Assembly: GCF_006345805.1 (NCBI RefSeq)
Contig: NC_043024.1
Location: 14,570,001-14,634,000, forward strand
DNA from: Octopus sinensis
Lineage: Eukaryota
Length of the DNA stretch: 64,000 nt
Direction: 5' to 3'
Part shown: piece after piece, positions 13,501-25,750 of the stretch
How the letters are laid out: each line of letters starts with the position of its first letter
Numbering within the stretch: position 1 is the stretch's first letter
Made by a program: the position numbers and the translations under genes
The notes under the pieces: model-generated
The model's input: only the letters and a program-made list of their open reading frames with translations
Database searches by the model: none
What the model was told of the DNA's origin: nothing

Positions 13501-16179
13501 AGTGGACTTGTGGTCGTTGGATTGTGGTTTAAATTCCCAGACGGGGCATTGTGAGTGTTTATTGAGCGAAAACACCTAAAGCTGCATGAGGCTCCAGCAG
13601 GATATGGTGGTGAACCCTGCTGTACTCTTTCAACACAACTTTCTCTCACTCTTTCTTCCTGTTTCTGTTGTACCTGTATTTCAAAGAGCCAGCCTTATCA
13701 CACTCTGTGTCATGCTGAATCTCCCCAAGAACTACGTTAAGGGTACATGTGTCTGTGGAGTGCTCAGCCACTTGCACATTAATAAATGAGTTGTGACGTC
13801 ACAGGTGCCAAGCTGTATCAGCCTATTCCTTTCCCTTTGATAACACTGCTTGCGTGGAGAGGGGAGGCTGGTATGCATGGGCGACTGCTGGTCTTTCATA
13901 AACAACCTTGCCCAGACTTATGCCTCAGAGGGTATCTTTCAAATATTTATGACCGAATGGGGTCACATATATATCATCAAAATAAGCAACAAGAATAACA
14001 TCGGTAATTTGGTATGATCGTTTCGCACTACATCATTTTATTAAATGTTGTAAGTATTAATACATAATTTTCATATCAAGTATTAACATTATAGAGAAGG
14101 TAGATATACAGACAATGATGTGGATTTAAATTTTAAGAACATTTAAGGTAGTGGAGTTTATCAACTGACTGGATAATATTCAGTTGCTATGAACTGCTAG
14201 AAGATTCTGAGAAGAATGGACAATTGAAAGGAGACAAAAAAGATTTTCTATTTATAGAAATAGGGGTGAAATAGATGTCAAAGTTCCATATAAAAAAATT
14301 TAGGTACATGTCACATTATTTTAATCAAAGTTTTTCTCAGAATGCATCTGTACATAATTAGTTAGTGAAAATTTTATGTTGATATATACGTAAGCATACA
14401 TATATTTGTGTGTGTGTGTGGATCAGCTAAACCATCGGATTTGTGTGTGTGTGTGTGTGTGGATCAGGCACCCCACCGGAGCCTCGTGGAGCTTAGGTGT
14501 TTTTGGTCAATAAACACTCACAATACCTGGTCTGGGAATCGAAACTATTCTCATGACCGTGAGTCCACTGCCCTAACTACTGGGCCATTGCGCTTCCACT
14601 CTGCTGCTGTTTTTATGTCCCTGTAAGTAAACTGATAGAATAAGTATTGGGGTCAGTTCATTTGACTAAAATTTTTCAAGGCTGTGCCCCTGCATGGCTC
14701 CAGTCTAACAACTGAAACAGCTGGGAGAAGTGGGTGAAAGAATGACATATATGGAGTAATGAGTTTTTGAAATGATGAATGAACGAATGGATGGTGGATG
14801 CAAATATTGGGTTGTCCGGAAAGTTTGTGCCGATTTATAGCAGCTTACCTTTCGACTTATTTTAGAACATGGTTCAGTCCATAAAATAGGATTTCACTAC
14901 ACCTCCATTTAGAGCACAGTTTAAGCTATCTTTTCGTGGAAGAGGGTTTATGTTCCTATAACCTGTGTTAATTCTGTAACCCTTAAAATTTTCTGGAACA
15001 AGTAAAATATATCATGATATTCAGTGTGGAAAATTACATCAATGTACCAAATTTTAGAATTTTCAATAAACTTTGAAATTTGCACAGGTGCACCCTAACA
15101 GAAAAGATTCAGGCATTATATTGGGTTGTCCGGGAAGTTTGTGCCGATTTATAGTAGCTTACCTTTTGACTTAATTTAGAACATGGTTGGGTCCATAAAA
15201 TAGGATTTGACTACACCTCCATTTAGAGCACAGTTTAAGCTATCTTTTCTTGGAAGAAGGTTTATGTACCTATAACTTGTGTTAATTCTGTAAGCCTTTA
15301 AAATGGAAGATAAGAAAGTTCATTTCGGCACTTGATGCTTTGGGAACCAGACAAAAATTGCTGCAGCTCGGTTGGGATGTGTTACCCCACCCTCCATATT
15401 CACCAGATATTGCTCCTTCGGATTTCCACTTATTCAGGTCTCTGCAGAATAGTCTTAATGGTAAAAATTTCAATTCCTTGGAGGACATAAAAAGATACCT
15501 TGATGAATTCTTTGCCATGAAACTACCTCAATTCTGGGAAGAGGGTATTTTTGAGAAAAAAGAAAGATAGAGATGCATTGTGAAACAAAATGGTTCATAT
15601 TTGGTTGATTAAAAATGTAATGGCAAGTATTTATTGACCCTTTTTCTTTCCTTTAAAAAGCAGCACAAACTTTCCGGACAACCCAATAGCATTTCTGAAG
15701 AGTTGATACTCAGATTACTACTCCGAGTGAGCAGTAAATGTTACAGTACAAAGGACAGTGTGTCATTGAGAGTTTTAATCACACATACTCAATGGTCTAT
15801 CGTTGTAAATGAGTTGTATTCTCATGTATTTAAGTAAACAACTTGAAATATCCATAGATAATCATATGTGAATTTAAATGTAAGTCTCTGTTTTTTTCTA
15901 ATGAAATCTTCAGTAATATATACGTACATTTGAAGTATGTTTTCTGTAAACCAGTTTATAATAGAAGTATTTCAATCTTTTACAGGTACAACTGGTCCAT
16001 CTGTTTCCTTCACAGGTATATATATATGCTTAACACTAAATAATTCCTATGAGGAAATCACTGTCTCCTTCTGTAGATTATGTTTTACATATTATGTTGT
16101 TGTGGTTTCTCATCCTAAATGAATGAATTGATTTGGATGCCTTATTATGATAGGATTTCATGTATGTTTAATTCCATGT

Positions 16180-16213
<34 letters not shown>

Positions 16214-16410
16214 AATGTAGGATAAAATTCTTTTCGAAAAAAAATTCTTTTCGAAAAAAATTTTATCAATGGCCAGCATATTTAAAAATACCTTTAAAAG
16301 TTAAATTTATAGCGTGCATATTGTGAAAAAATTATATGGTAAATGGACAATATGTCCAATTTTTCGGCATATTTGGCATTAGAAATTTTTTCATTTGCCC
16401 TTATTTATGA

Positions 16411-16449
<39 letters not shown>

Positions 16450-16751
16450 AGGCTCAATGGTCCAGTGGTTAGGGCAGCGGACTCGCGGTAGTAGGATCTC
16501 GATTTTGATTCCCAGATCAGGCGTTGTGAGTATTTATTGAGCAAAAACACCTAAAGCTCCAAGAGACTCCGGCAGGGGATGGTGGCGATCCCTGCTGTAC
16601 TCCTTCACGACAACTTTCTCTCATTCTTTCTTCTGTTGGTCTGCTCGCTTAGCCAGCGGGGTGGCGTCATTTGAAGGCTAAAACAATGCGAAGTGCATTG
16701 TGACCAGCGATGTGTAGTAACATCTGATGGCCTGGTCGGTCATGTGACATG

Positions 16752-16792
<41 letters not shown>

Positions 16793-17432
16793 TATATATA
16801 TACATACATACACACACACATATATATATGCATATATGGGTACAAGACATCACCAACTGTGTAAACAACATGAAGTACGAAAACAAACAAGTTAAATACA
16901 CAAACAACGAGAGAAAAAAAATGGAAAACGGGACAAGTAACACTGAAAATGACCCTTCATCAGTTGTCCGCTGTCTGTCTATTCCTCATTTCGAGCATTC
17001 AACGACAATATGAGTGTTCGAAGACAGTTGCTCCCATAAATACCAAAATAAGATTTTGGATTTATAGCAGGTGAAAGTTGGGAACAACAACTGGACAGGG
17101 GAGACATACAAGGAAAACAAACATAGAGGGTCGTTAGACACACTCACACACATATCTCAGTATTGAGCACACTATCATATGCTGTTATACATTGCTGGGT
17201 ACAATGCGCTTCATATTGATACTATCTATCTGGCTAGGGGAGCAGGCCAATATTTCTCTTGATCGAAAGGTTACTCCATCACAGGGTTACGCATTCACAG
17301 CTGAGTGAACTGAAAAGCTGTGTTTTCCTCAAGAACAAAATATGTCTCCCAGTCTAGGAATCAAACTCATGGTCTAGTGATTGTGTGGGCAATGCTCTGA
17401 TCATTTGGCCATTCACATAAATACACACACAA

Positions 17433-17503
<71 letters not shown>

Positions 17504-17737
17504 AAGGGAAAGTTTACGAAAATAAACAAAAGACCAAGGCAGGTGGAGTACAAACAAACAAATGTATTAGTATAATGCTTGGGAATTGAAAAAGTCTTTT
17601 ACGTTTTGAGCCTACGCTCTTTGACAGAAAGATACACAGAAAAAAACGAGAGAAACAAGGAAAGAAAAATATGCTTTTGGTTGTAGATATATGTATATGT
17701 GTGTATATATACGTGTACACATGTGCCTGCATATCTA

Positions 17738-17788
<51 letters not shown>

Positions 17789-20700
17789 ATATATATATAT
17801 ATATAAAGGAAAGAATTTATAGAGTCAAAAAGTAGAAGGAGTACATTATGTAATTTATTAACTGTGTAAAATTGTATAATACAAATAAATTATTTCTCTT
17901 TTGCAGCTGCAAGCACTGGTGCTCCAACAGTTTCTTCAGCAGGTTTGTATATTTGATACTAAACCATATGTTTAGTCAATATAATGAAAGTACTTACTAG
18001 GTGTCTAAGTTTACCTTGTCTGTCACAGAATATAACTTATCAGTCAGGGATTAGTTTTAGTTAGGTTCATACAATCTAAAAGAAACAAAAAGCAAATTCA
18101 AAAGTAATATTTGATCTTTACTCGTTGGTGTTGGCCGTAAATGTTCACCTCTTGTAGAACCAAGACTGAGGAAATTTTACAGTCAATGTTACTGATAGAC
18201 TGAAAACTATATTCTCCAAAAACCAATTCCAATAAATGACTGACATGATTTTAGTCTCATTAGTTCTAAACAGAACAAGTGACAAATGGTGAAATACTGA
18301 AACATCACTTAGTAACTAAAAGACCATTACCTTAGTTATATAAAGATGTAGAGTGAACTTAGAACCAAGCAGCAGGTTATCATTTTGGATAATCTAAATT
18401 CCTCAAGGAATGTGAAGATGCAGGCTGGAAAGCGGAACATTTTCCAATCGAAGTTGGATGTGGAGGGTTCGTTGGACACAGTGTGAAACGACTGTTGTTA
18501 TCGCTAGGCCTAACTCATCGTAAAGTCAATCCCACCGTGACCGATATCCAATCTACAGTGGAGAAGGCTAGCCACTGGATTTGGTTAAAAAGAGACGATG
18601 AGCGATGCCTAGAAGGATATTGATCTTTATTTGATAACCAGCTGATCTAGCAAGCGGGGCCTCATATCAGTGAGTGGGGCTGATGCGCATTGATGCCATT
18701 GAGAGGTAGGCCCCGAAACGGCGCGCATTCTCTCCTGATGACCCCATACACTTGCTGGTTTCCGGTATACAGAGCTTTTGACTGGTAGCACTTGCATGTG
18801 CAAGTTGTTTGCAAGACATATACAGGTGAAAGATCAAATATCAAAATATTAATTCATACCAAACTCAAAAGTGTCAGGCCAGGGAGAAATGAACACTAAT
18901 TCTTAAGTTGGAATATGGGCTGAATAAGAGAATCGTTGTCAGTACAACTGACCCGCAGATCAAGGAAGATGTAAATGAAAACCCACAATTTCAAAGCTAG
19001 TTTTGGGTAGATTCATTGCTTTATTGAGAGACATGAACTTTCATATCACAACTGGACGCAATGCCTAAAACTGCTTGCAGATTTTGAAGATTACTTACAG
19101 GAGTTTTAGCAGTTCATAATTAGCTGATGAGGAGAGCTAATGTATCTAAGATACTATTTTTATCAAAATATTAGTTCTACAAGCCACATTGATTTATTTA
19201 TTCATGCTAGCATTACCCATGGAAATTTTTTCGATTGTTGTAATTTTTTATGGAGCCATATATATTATTGTTCCTTCATAAATTTCGTCATCATCATTTA
19301 ATATCCATTGTCCATGCTGGCATGGGCTGGGCAGTTTGACCAGGGCTGATAAGCTGAAGGGCTGCACCAGACTACAGTCTGATTTGGCATGGTTTCTGAG
19401 ATTGTAATAAGTGCTTTTACATGCCACTGGCATGGGTGCCAGTTGTGTGACACCAGTATATTGCCACAACTACGATTTCACTTGGCTTGATGGGTCTTCT
19501 ATTCAAACACAGTATGTTACCAAGCTCTTGGGCATTTGCCATTGCCTCCGTGAAGCCCAATACTTGAAAGGTGTTCTTTCTGTGTCACCAACATAGATCT
19601 GGTTATGCGACACTGCCATCAGTCACATTGCCTCTGTGAGACCCTTCACTTGAAAGGTGCTTTTTACAGGCCACCAACACAACCACATTACTTCAGTGGG
19701 GCCCAATGCTTGAAAGGTTTTTCTACAGGTCACTGGCACAGGTGCCAGTTGCGTGACACCAGCATTGACCATGACCACAATTTCACTTGGTTTGATGGTC
19801 TTCTCAAGAATGGCATATTGCCAAAGGTCTCGGTCACTAGTCATTGCTTCTGTGAGATCCAACATTCAAAGATCATGCTTCACCACTTTGTCTCATGTCT
19901 TCTTGGCTCTGCCTCTTCCACGGGATCCCTCCGCAATTAGAGGTTGGCACTTCTTTACACAGCTATCCTCATCCATACACATCATATGATCATACCAGCT
20001 TAGTCTTCTCTTTTGTAGACTACATCTGATGCCTCTTATACCCAACTTTTCTCTCAAGACGCTTACACTCTGTTGAACATAGATACCAACATTGCACATC
20101 CAGTGAAGAATGCTAGCTTCATTTCTTACAAGCCTACACCTGTCTTTGGTCACCGCAGCCCATGTGTCACTGCCATATAGCATAGCTGTTTGTAAGCAGG
20201 CATCATACAGTCTGTCTTTCATTCTGAGGGAAAGGCCCTTTGTTGCCAACAGGAGTAGGAACTCTATTCTCACAGCTATGCTCCTGGAGCATCCACCTCT
20301 GGTACTGATTTGGTCACCTAGATAACAGAAGCTGTCAACTACTTCTAGCTTACCCCACTGGCAACCTTTCAGTTTTTTCTAGATAAGGCTGTTATTGAGG
20401 GAGCACAATTTTCCTATTATCTCAACAGTTCAGGGGTTCATTTATAAATCTAAGAGTTTCACAATGATTATAGAGAATATTTATGTCCCCAGTATTGTAA
20501 CTTTCAACCACATTTTTCGTGTATTTGACAATCTCATTTTCATTTTATATTCTATCTTGAACCCATTCCCTTATCTCTTATCAATACTCTCTCTATATAT
20601 ACTCTTTGATTCATATTTTCTGTTCTACATGTTGATGCTCTTTTTCTTGCTCTAGTGATTCAGCCATCCGTTTCTCTTTACATTGTTGTATATACAACTA

Positions 20701-22088
20701 GCAGTATCGCCCGGCATTGCTCGGGCTTGTAAGGGAAATAACTATATAAGCATTTTTAGAGAGTTACTTCCCTTATTGATACTATCTTGGCATCTTAGGC
20801 AAGTGTCTTCTACTATAGCCTCAGGCCAACCAAAACCTTGTGAGTGGATTTGGTAGACGGAAACTGAAACAAGCCTGTTGTATATATGTGTATATATATA
20901 TATGTGTGTGTGTGTGTGTATATGTTTGTGTATTTGATTTCGTCCCCCCAACATCACTTGACAACCAATGCTGGTGTGTTTACGTCCCCGTAACTTAGCG
21001 GTTCAGCAATAGAGACCGATAGAATAAGTACTAGGCTTACATAGAATTAGTCCTGTGGTCGATTTGCTCGACTAAAGGCGGTGCTCCAGCATGGCCACAG
21101 TCAAATAACTGAAACAAGTAAAAGAGTAAAGAGCATCTGTATAATTACAGAAATTGTTTCTCTATATAGCCCGTGGTTATTATTTAAACAAAAATATATT
21201 GTAAGATTTAGAAGTATATTTATAACATATCAAAGATTTCTTTTAGTTATTATGATTAAAACAAAGAGATTTTATAATACAAAATCGTTGATACTTTATT
21301 GCAGCACCCAGATTAGCTGGCCCATCGATTACTCCAACAGGTAAGAACAGTTTTATTGCATGTTTGGTCATCACAATAAAAGTATTACTGTATCTAATGA
21401 GTTACTGTGTGATACAATTTTAGTTTAGCATCAAGTGTTTTATTTTAATTATGATTAACATGTGGAGATGCAATGGCCCAGTGGTTAGGGCAGTGGACAT
21501 ATGTAAGCAAAAATCATTAAAAATGCGGAAAAATGATGGTAATTTTTTTTTAAATTGTAGACTCATCGTAGATGCGCCCTAATACCCAGAAGGGCTCAAT
21601 ATGAATCACGACTATAAGATACCCACTTTTGGTTAAACTGCACCGCAAAATGTGGGAGTAGTTAGGAATCTAAATCGAGTAGACAGACTCTCACACAACT
21701 TCAGTTTTATATATAAAGATGTCATTATTTCTCTTGTCAGCTAACATTGTCTGTCATTCATATTTTATACATAAATATCAATTTCCAAGTGAGCAGGCAC
21801 TAAATAATTGCACTTACGTGCATGCTTCAGGTAATTGGCAATGTAGAAAAATTTAGTTCAATATAAAAAAAAATACACTTTCCACTTTTGCTAACCCCTG
21901 CCCCTCCCCCCACCACTACCATCATTATAGTTTTCAGAAGTGAACCTCAGTCTGAGTTGGTTGCCAATTTACTAACCACAGTTATTTCATTTCATTCTTT
22001 ATATCTAATTTTTTTGCTGTCAGTACAAAGCTTGAATAAGGATTTCTAAAAACTAATAGCATCTACATCTATATAATAAAAAAAAAAA

Positions 22089-22133
<45 letters not shown>

Positions 22134-25100
22134 AATAATAATGATAATAATAATAATGATAATAATAATAATGATAATAATAATAATAAAAATAATAATA
22201 ATATTAATAGTAATAATTATGATGATGATAATGATAACAACAATAATAATAATAATAATAATAATAATTAATAATACGTTTATATATTTGTTGAGCAAGA
22301 TTTTTTATGTGAAATCGTGTGTTGAAACAGATATTGTTGTATTTCGGAATGGTCATTTTGCCAGTTTAGCCAATAAAAACACACGCACTATATATTTGGT
22401 GTTACTTTGCTTCAGTGTTATTTATTTTGTGACAAAAGAACTCTGGCCGAAATAAGATTAAGATTAATGTAAAAAATAAATAACACTGAAGCAAAGTAAC
22501 ACCAAATATATAGTGCGTGTGTTTTTATTGGCTAAACTGGCAAAATGACCATTCCGAAATATAACAATAATAATAATAATAGTAATAATAATAATAATAA
22601 TAATAATGATAATAATAACGAAATTATTGTATACAGTGCTCAGGTGCACCACAACTTGTCAATAGTGCGTATAAAGCATATGCAGTAATGTACAAATGTC
22701 TGGGAAGTGAACAGTGTATGAGTCAGATACATGCTTGCGTGTGTATGGAGGGGGGAAAATCAGGTGTATATATCTATAAGTTTATATATCTATAAGCTTA
22801 CTATCACATCTATGTAAGCCTTCCTTCTTCTCCCTCAAGCAATTGGGGTGTATTTCAATGTTGATAGATAAATAGATCGATAGATGGAAGATATAAAAAG
22901 TTTGATATTAGAATTTTATTTTCTTGTCAGTCACAATAATATATGTTGTTTAAAATTTTCACTCTGTTGCTCTCCCTCTTTTGCTCTCTATCTCCAACTT
23001 CAAGAAACCTTTTTACCATGTTATTCTCCTCTTCACATCATTATCATTTCTCTCTTTCTTTTTCTCTTTGCCTCTCACTTCCATTAGTCACATGACAGGT
23101 GGTAATAATGACACTATACCCACCTCCACACACACTTTCTCTCTCTTTCTCTCCTAAACATTTTCTTTCTCTCTCTTTCTCTCCTAAACATTTTCTTTCT
23201 CACTCTCTATATATCAATCCCTTCAACTAACTTTTTAAACGCATACACTGGCGAAAATAAATTTAAGACCGATGATAAAAGTTCTAGTCCTGTGCACAAA
23301 GCCAAAAAGGTTATGGAATTTTTTGATCACCATAATATTGACGTAATCGAATGGCCTCCCCAGGGTCCAGACCTCAATCCAATTGAGAACTTGTGGAATT
23401 AAGTTTCCAAAAAAAGTCCATGCTAAAAAAAACCATCTAATCTAAAATAATTTTTTTTTTTCCTCTAGTTTCAGCTCAGAGCTGCGGCCATGCTGATGCA
23501 CCGCCGTTTGTACAACAGGGATCGCCACCCCCTGCCGGAGCCTCGTGGAGCTTCTTTTAAGTGTTTTCACTCAGAAACACTCACAATGCCCGATCTGGGA
23601 ATTGAAACCGCGATCCTACAACCGCGAGTCCACTGCCCTAACCACTGGGCCATTGCGCTATAATTATTCGATTATATCAATGAAATATGGCAAGATATTC
23701 CCATAGAATTTTGTAATCACTTAGCGAATTCAATACTGAGGCGTTGTTCAGCCGTTATTAAGAATAAAGACTATGGCACAAAGTACTAATATGTATTTCG
23801 TTCTTGTTGCTCATTTTTGCTACAATCTTAAGCTTTAAATAAAATTATAATGATACAGTCTTAAACTAATTTTGCCGGTAAATTTGAAACGTTTATATTA
23901 ATTTAGCATTAGAAGTCTTCAAGTTGTACAAAAATAGTTTATCATTCAAAAGAGAAATAAATTCTGCATAAGGTGTAAAAGATAAAAATAATTTGTATGG
24001 TGTTAGAAACAAAATATTTTGTAAGAAATAGAAATTTTATCGTAAAGTGTACTAGCCATCTGAATGTGGCTAGCCACTGGGGGTGGGGTGTTACTGATGC
24101 TTTTAGCCCCAGGAGATCAACGTCACCAGCTGGCCTTAGACACAAAATTTCAGTGCCCTTGTGTTATTTGCAAAGGGAGGTCATCCTCCCTCGAAAACCT
24201 AAGTGATACATACTATTTGCAGAGGGTCTCCTTCATCGAAAGCCGGTGTTTACCATGCATTGACGAGAGGCAATTACCTTGAAACTATAGTCCGTATGTA
24301 TCACTTAGGTTTTCGAGGGAGGATGACCTCCCCTTTGCAAATAACACAAGGGCACTGAAATTTTGTGTCTAAGGCCAGCTAGTGACGTTGATCTCCTGGG
24401 GCTAAAAGCATCAGTAACACCCCACCCCCAGTGGCTAGCCACATTCAGATGGCTAGTACACTTTACGTTGTCGAGCGGTTACTGTTTATATCTCGTTCAG
24501 AGATTTATTAAAGAAATTTTATCATCGGTCTTAAATTTATTTTCGCCAGTGTAATAGCTACTACGTTCCACTTCACATCTTTAAGACTTCTCACTCTCTC
24601 TTTCCCTCTTGATCTTTGCCTGTTTCCCTTTAACTAATCGTATGGTAGCATAACACATTTCAACCTTAGCCTATAAGTATATTTATTTCTCTAATTGTCT
24701 TTCACTCTCTTCCTCAATATTGATCACTCTTTCACAGTCAAACAGCTGGGTGGAACTGTGCAAAAAATTACACAGATGTGTAGAATGTTCTGGTGGTGAG
24801 GCTGGGCTTTGTATTTTTCATAACTCCCATGGTTACCAAGATAATCTACTCTAATAATACTCTTGTGTTTATGAATGAGAAAGGAAGGGGTGATGTCATT
24901 TATTTGTATTTCAATTAAAAGAAAATATTTTCAGGGTTTTGAAGAAAGGTTTTCAATTTTCTATGAAAACAAAAAATATAAGAAATTCTACCATAATTTC
25001 ATGGGACATACTAAACATTTCTATAAGTTATTAAGATTAAAAGGGATTCTAATACAAAATCGTTAATACTTTATTGCAGTCCCCAGAATAACTGGCCCAT

Positions 25101-25718
25101 CTGGTACTCCAAATGGTAAGTACAGTTTTATTGTATGATTAGTCATAAAAAAGATAAACGTTGTCCCTTTCAAGCCTAACCAGGCTCATGGGCCCAGTTT
25201 CCCAGTTTTTGTGGTGTATGTGTTCCCTCCAGCTGAACAGGATGCCAGTCCATTGCAGTGTTACTCGAGAAACAGAGAGAGAGTAAGAGAAAGTTGTGGC
25301 GAAAGAGTACAAGAGGGGTCACTACCATCCCCTGCAGGAGCCTCGTGGAGCTTTTAGGTGTTTTTGCTCAATAAACACACACAACACCTGGTCCGGGAAT
25401 CGAAACCGCGATCCTCCAACCACGAGCCCACTGCCCTAACCACTGGGTCATTGCGCCTCCACTATGATTAGTCATCACGGTGAAAGTATTAATGGATACA
25501 ATGAGTTATTCAGTGATAGGATTTCAGCCTAGCATCAAGTGTTTTATTTTAATTATGAATAACATATGAAGCTATTTCTCATCAGATTCAATCAGTGTAG
25601 CCAGGTGAAGTCATGTGGAACATTAGTGTACATGATATATATTGGGAGTTTAACCTGTGCTGTGTGTATGTATTTGTTTTTCTTGAAGAAATCCCTTCTA
25701 ACATTTAAAGAAATGAGC

Positions 25719-25750
<32 letters not shown>

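Larger units (their letters stand above)
1..14378. repeat. Tandem array of about 3.25-kb units (at least 4.4 copies, open at left edge), each carrying one A and one B exon
   Basis: Anchor TGTTCCACAAGATGAGC recurs at 1, 3170, 6405, 9661 and 12914; near-identical units with private SNPs and indels. Confidence 0.97.

Noticed and set aside
45-13998. ORFs of 60-90 aa recurring every 3.25 kb ([16 protein letters not shown]..., [10 protein letters not shown]..., MSNEPSTS...)
   Set aside because: They are chance frames through SINE, RTE and HERO fragments, recur only because the DNA is duplicated, and break differently between copies.
22053-22652. Poly-Ile ORFs
   Set aside because: Translation of (AAT)n/(ATT)n microsatellite; the same applies to the YIYI and THTH ORFs elsewhere.
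25570-25620. CTCATCAG...GCCAG|GTGAAG possible exon downstream of D cassettes
   Set aside because: Candidate lengths are 19 nt (frameshift) or 9 nt (contains TAG); donor changed in the 47.4-kb copy.
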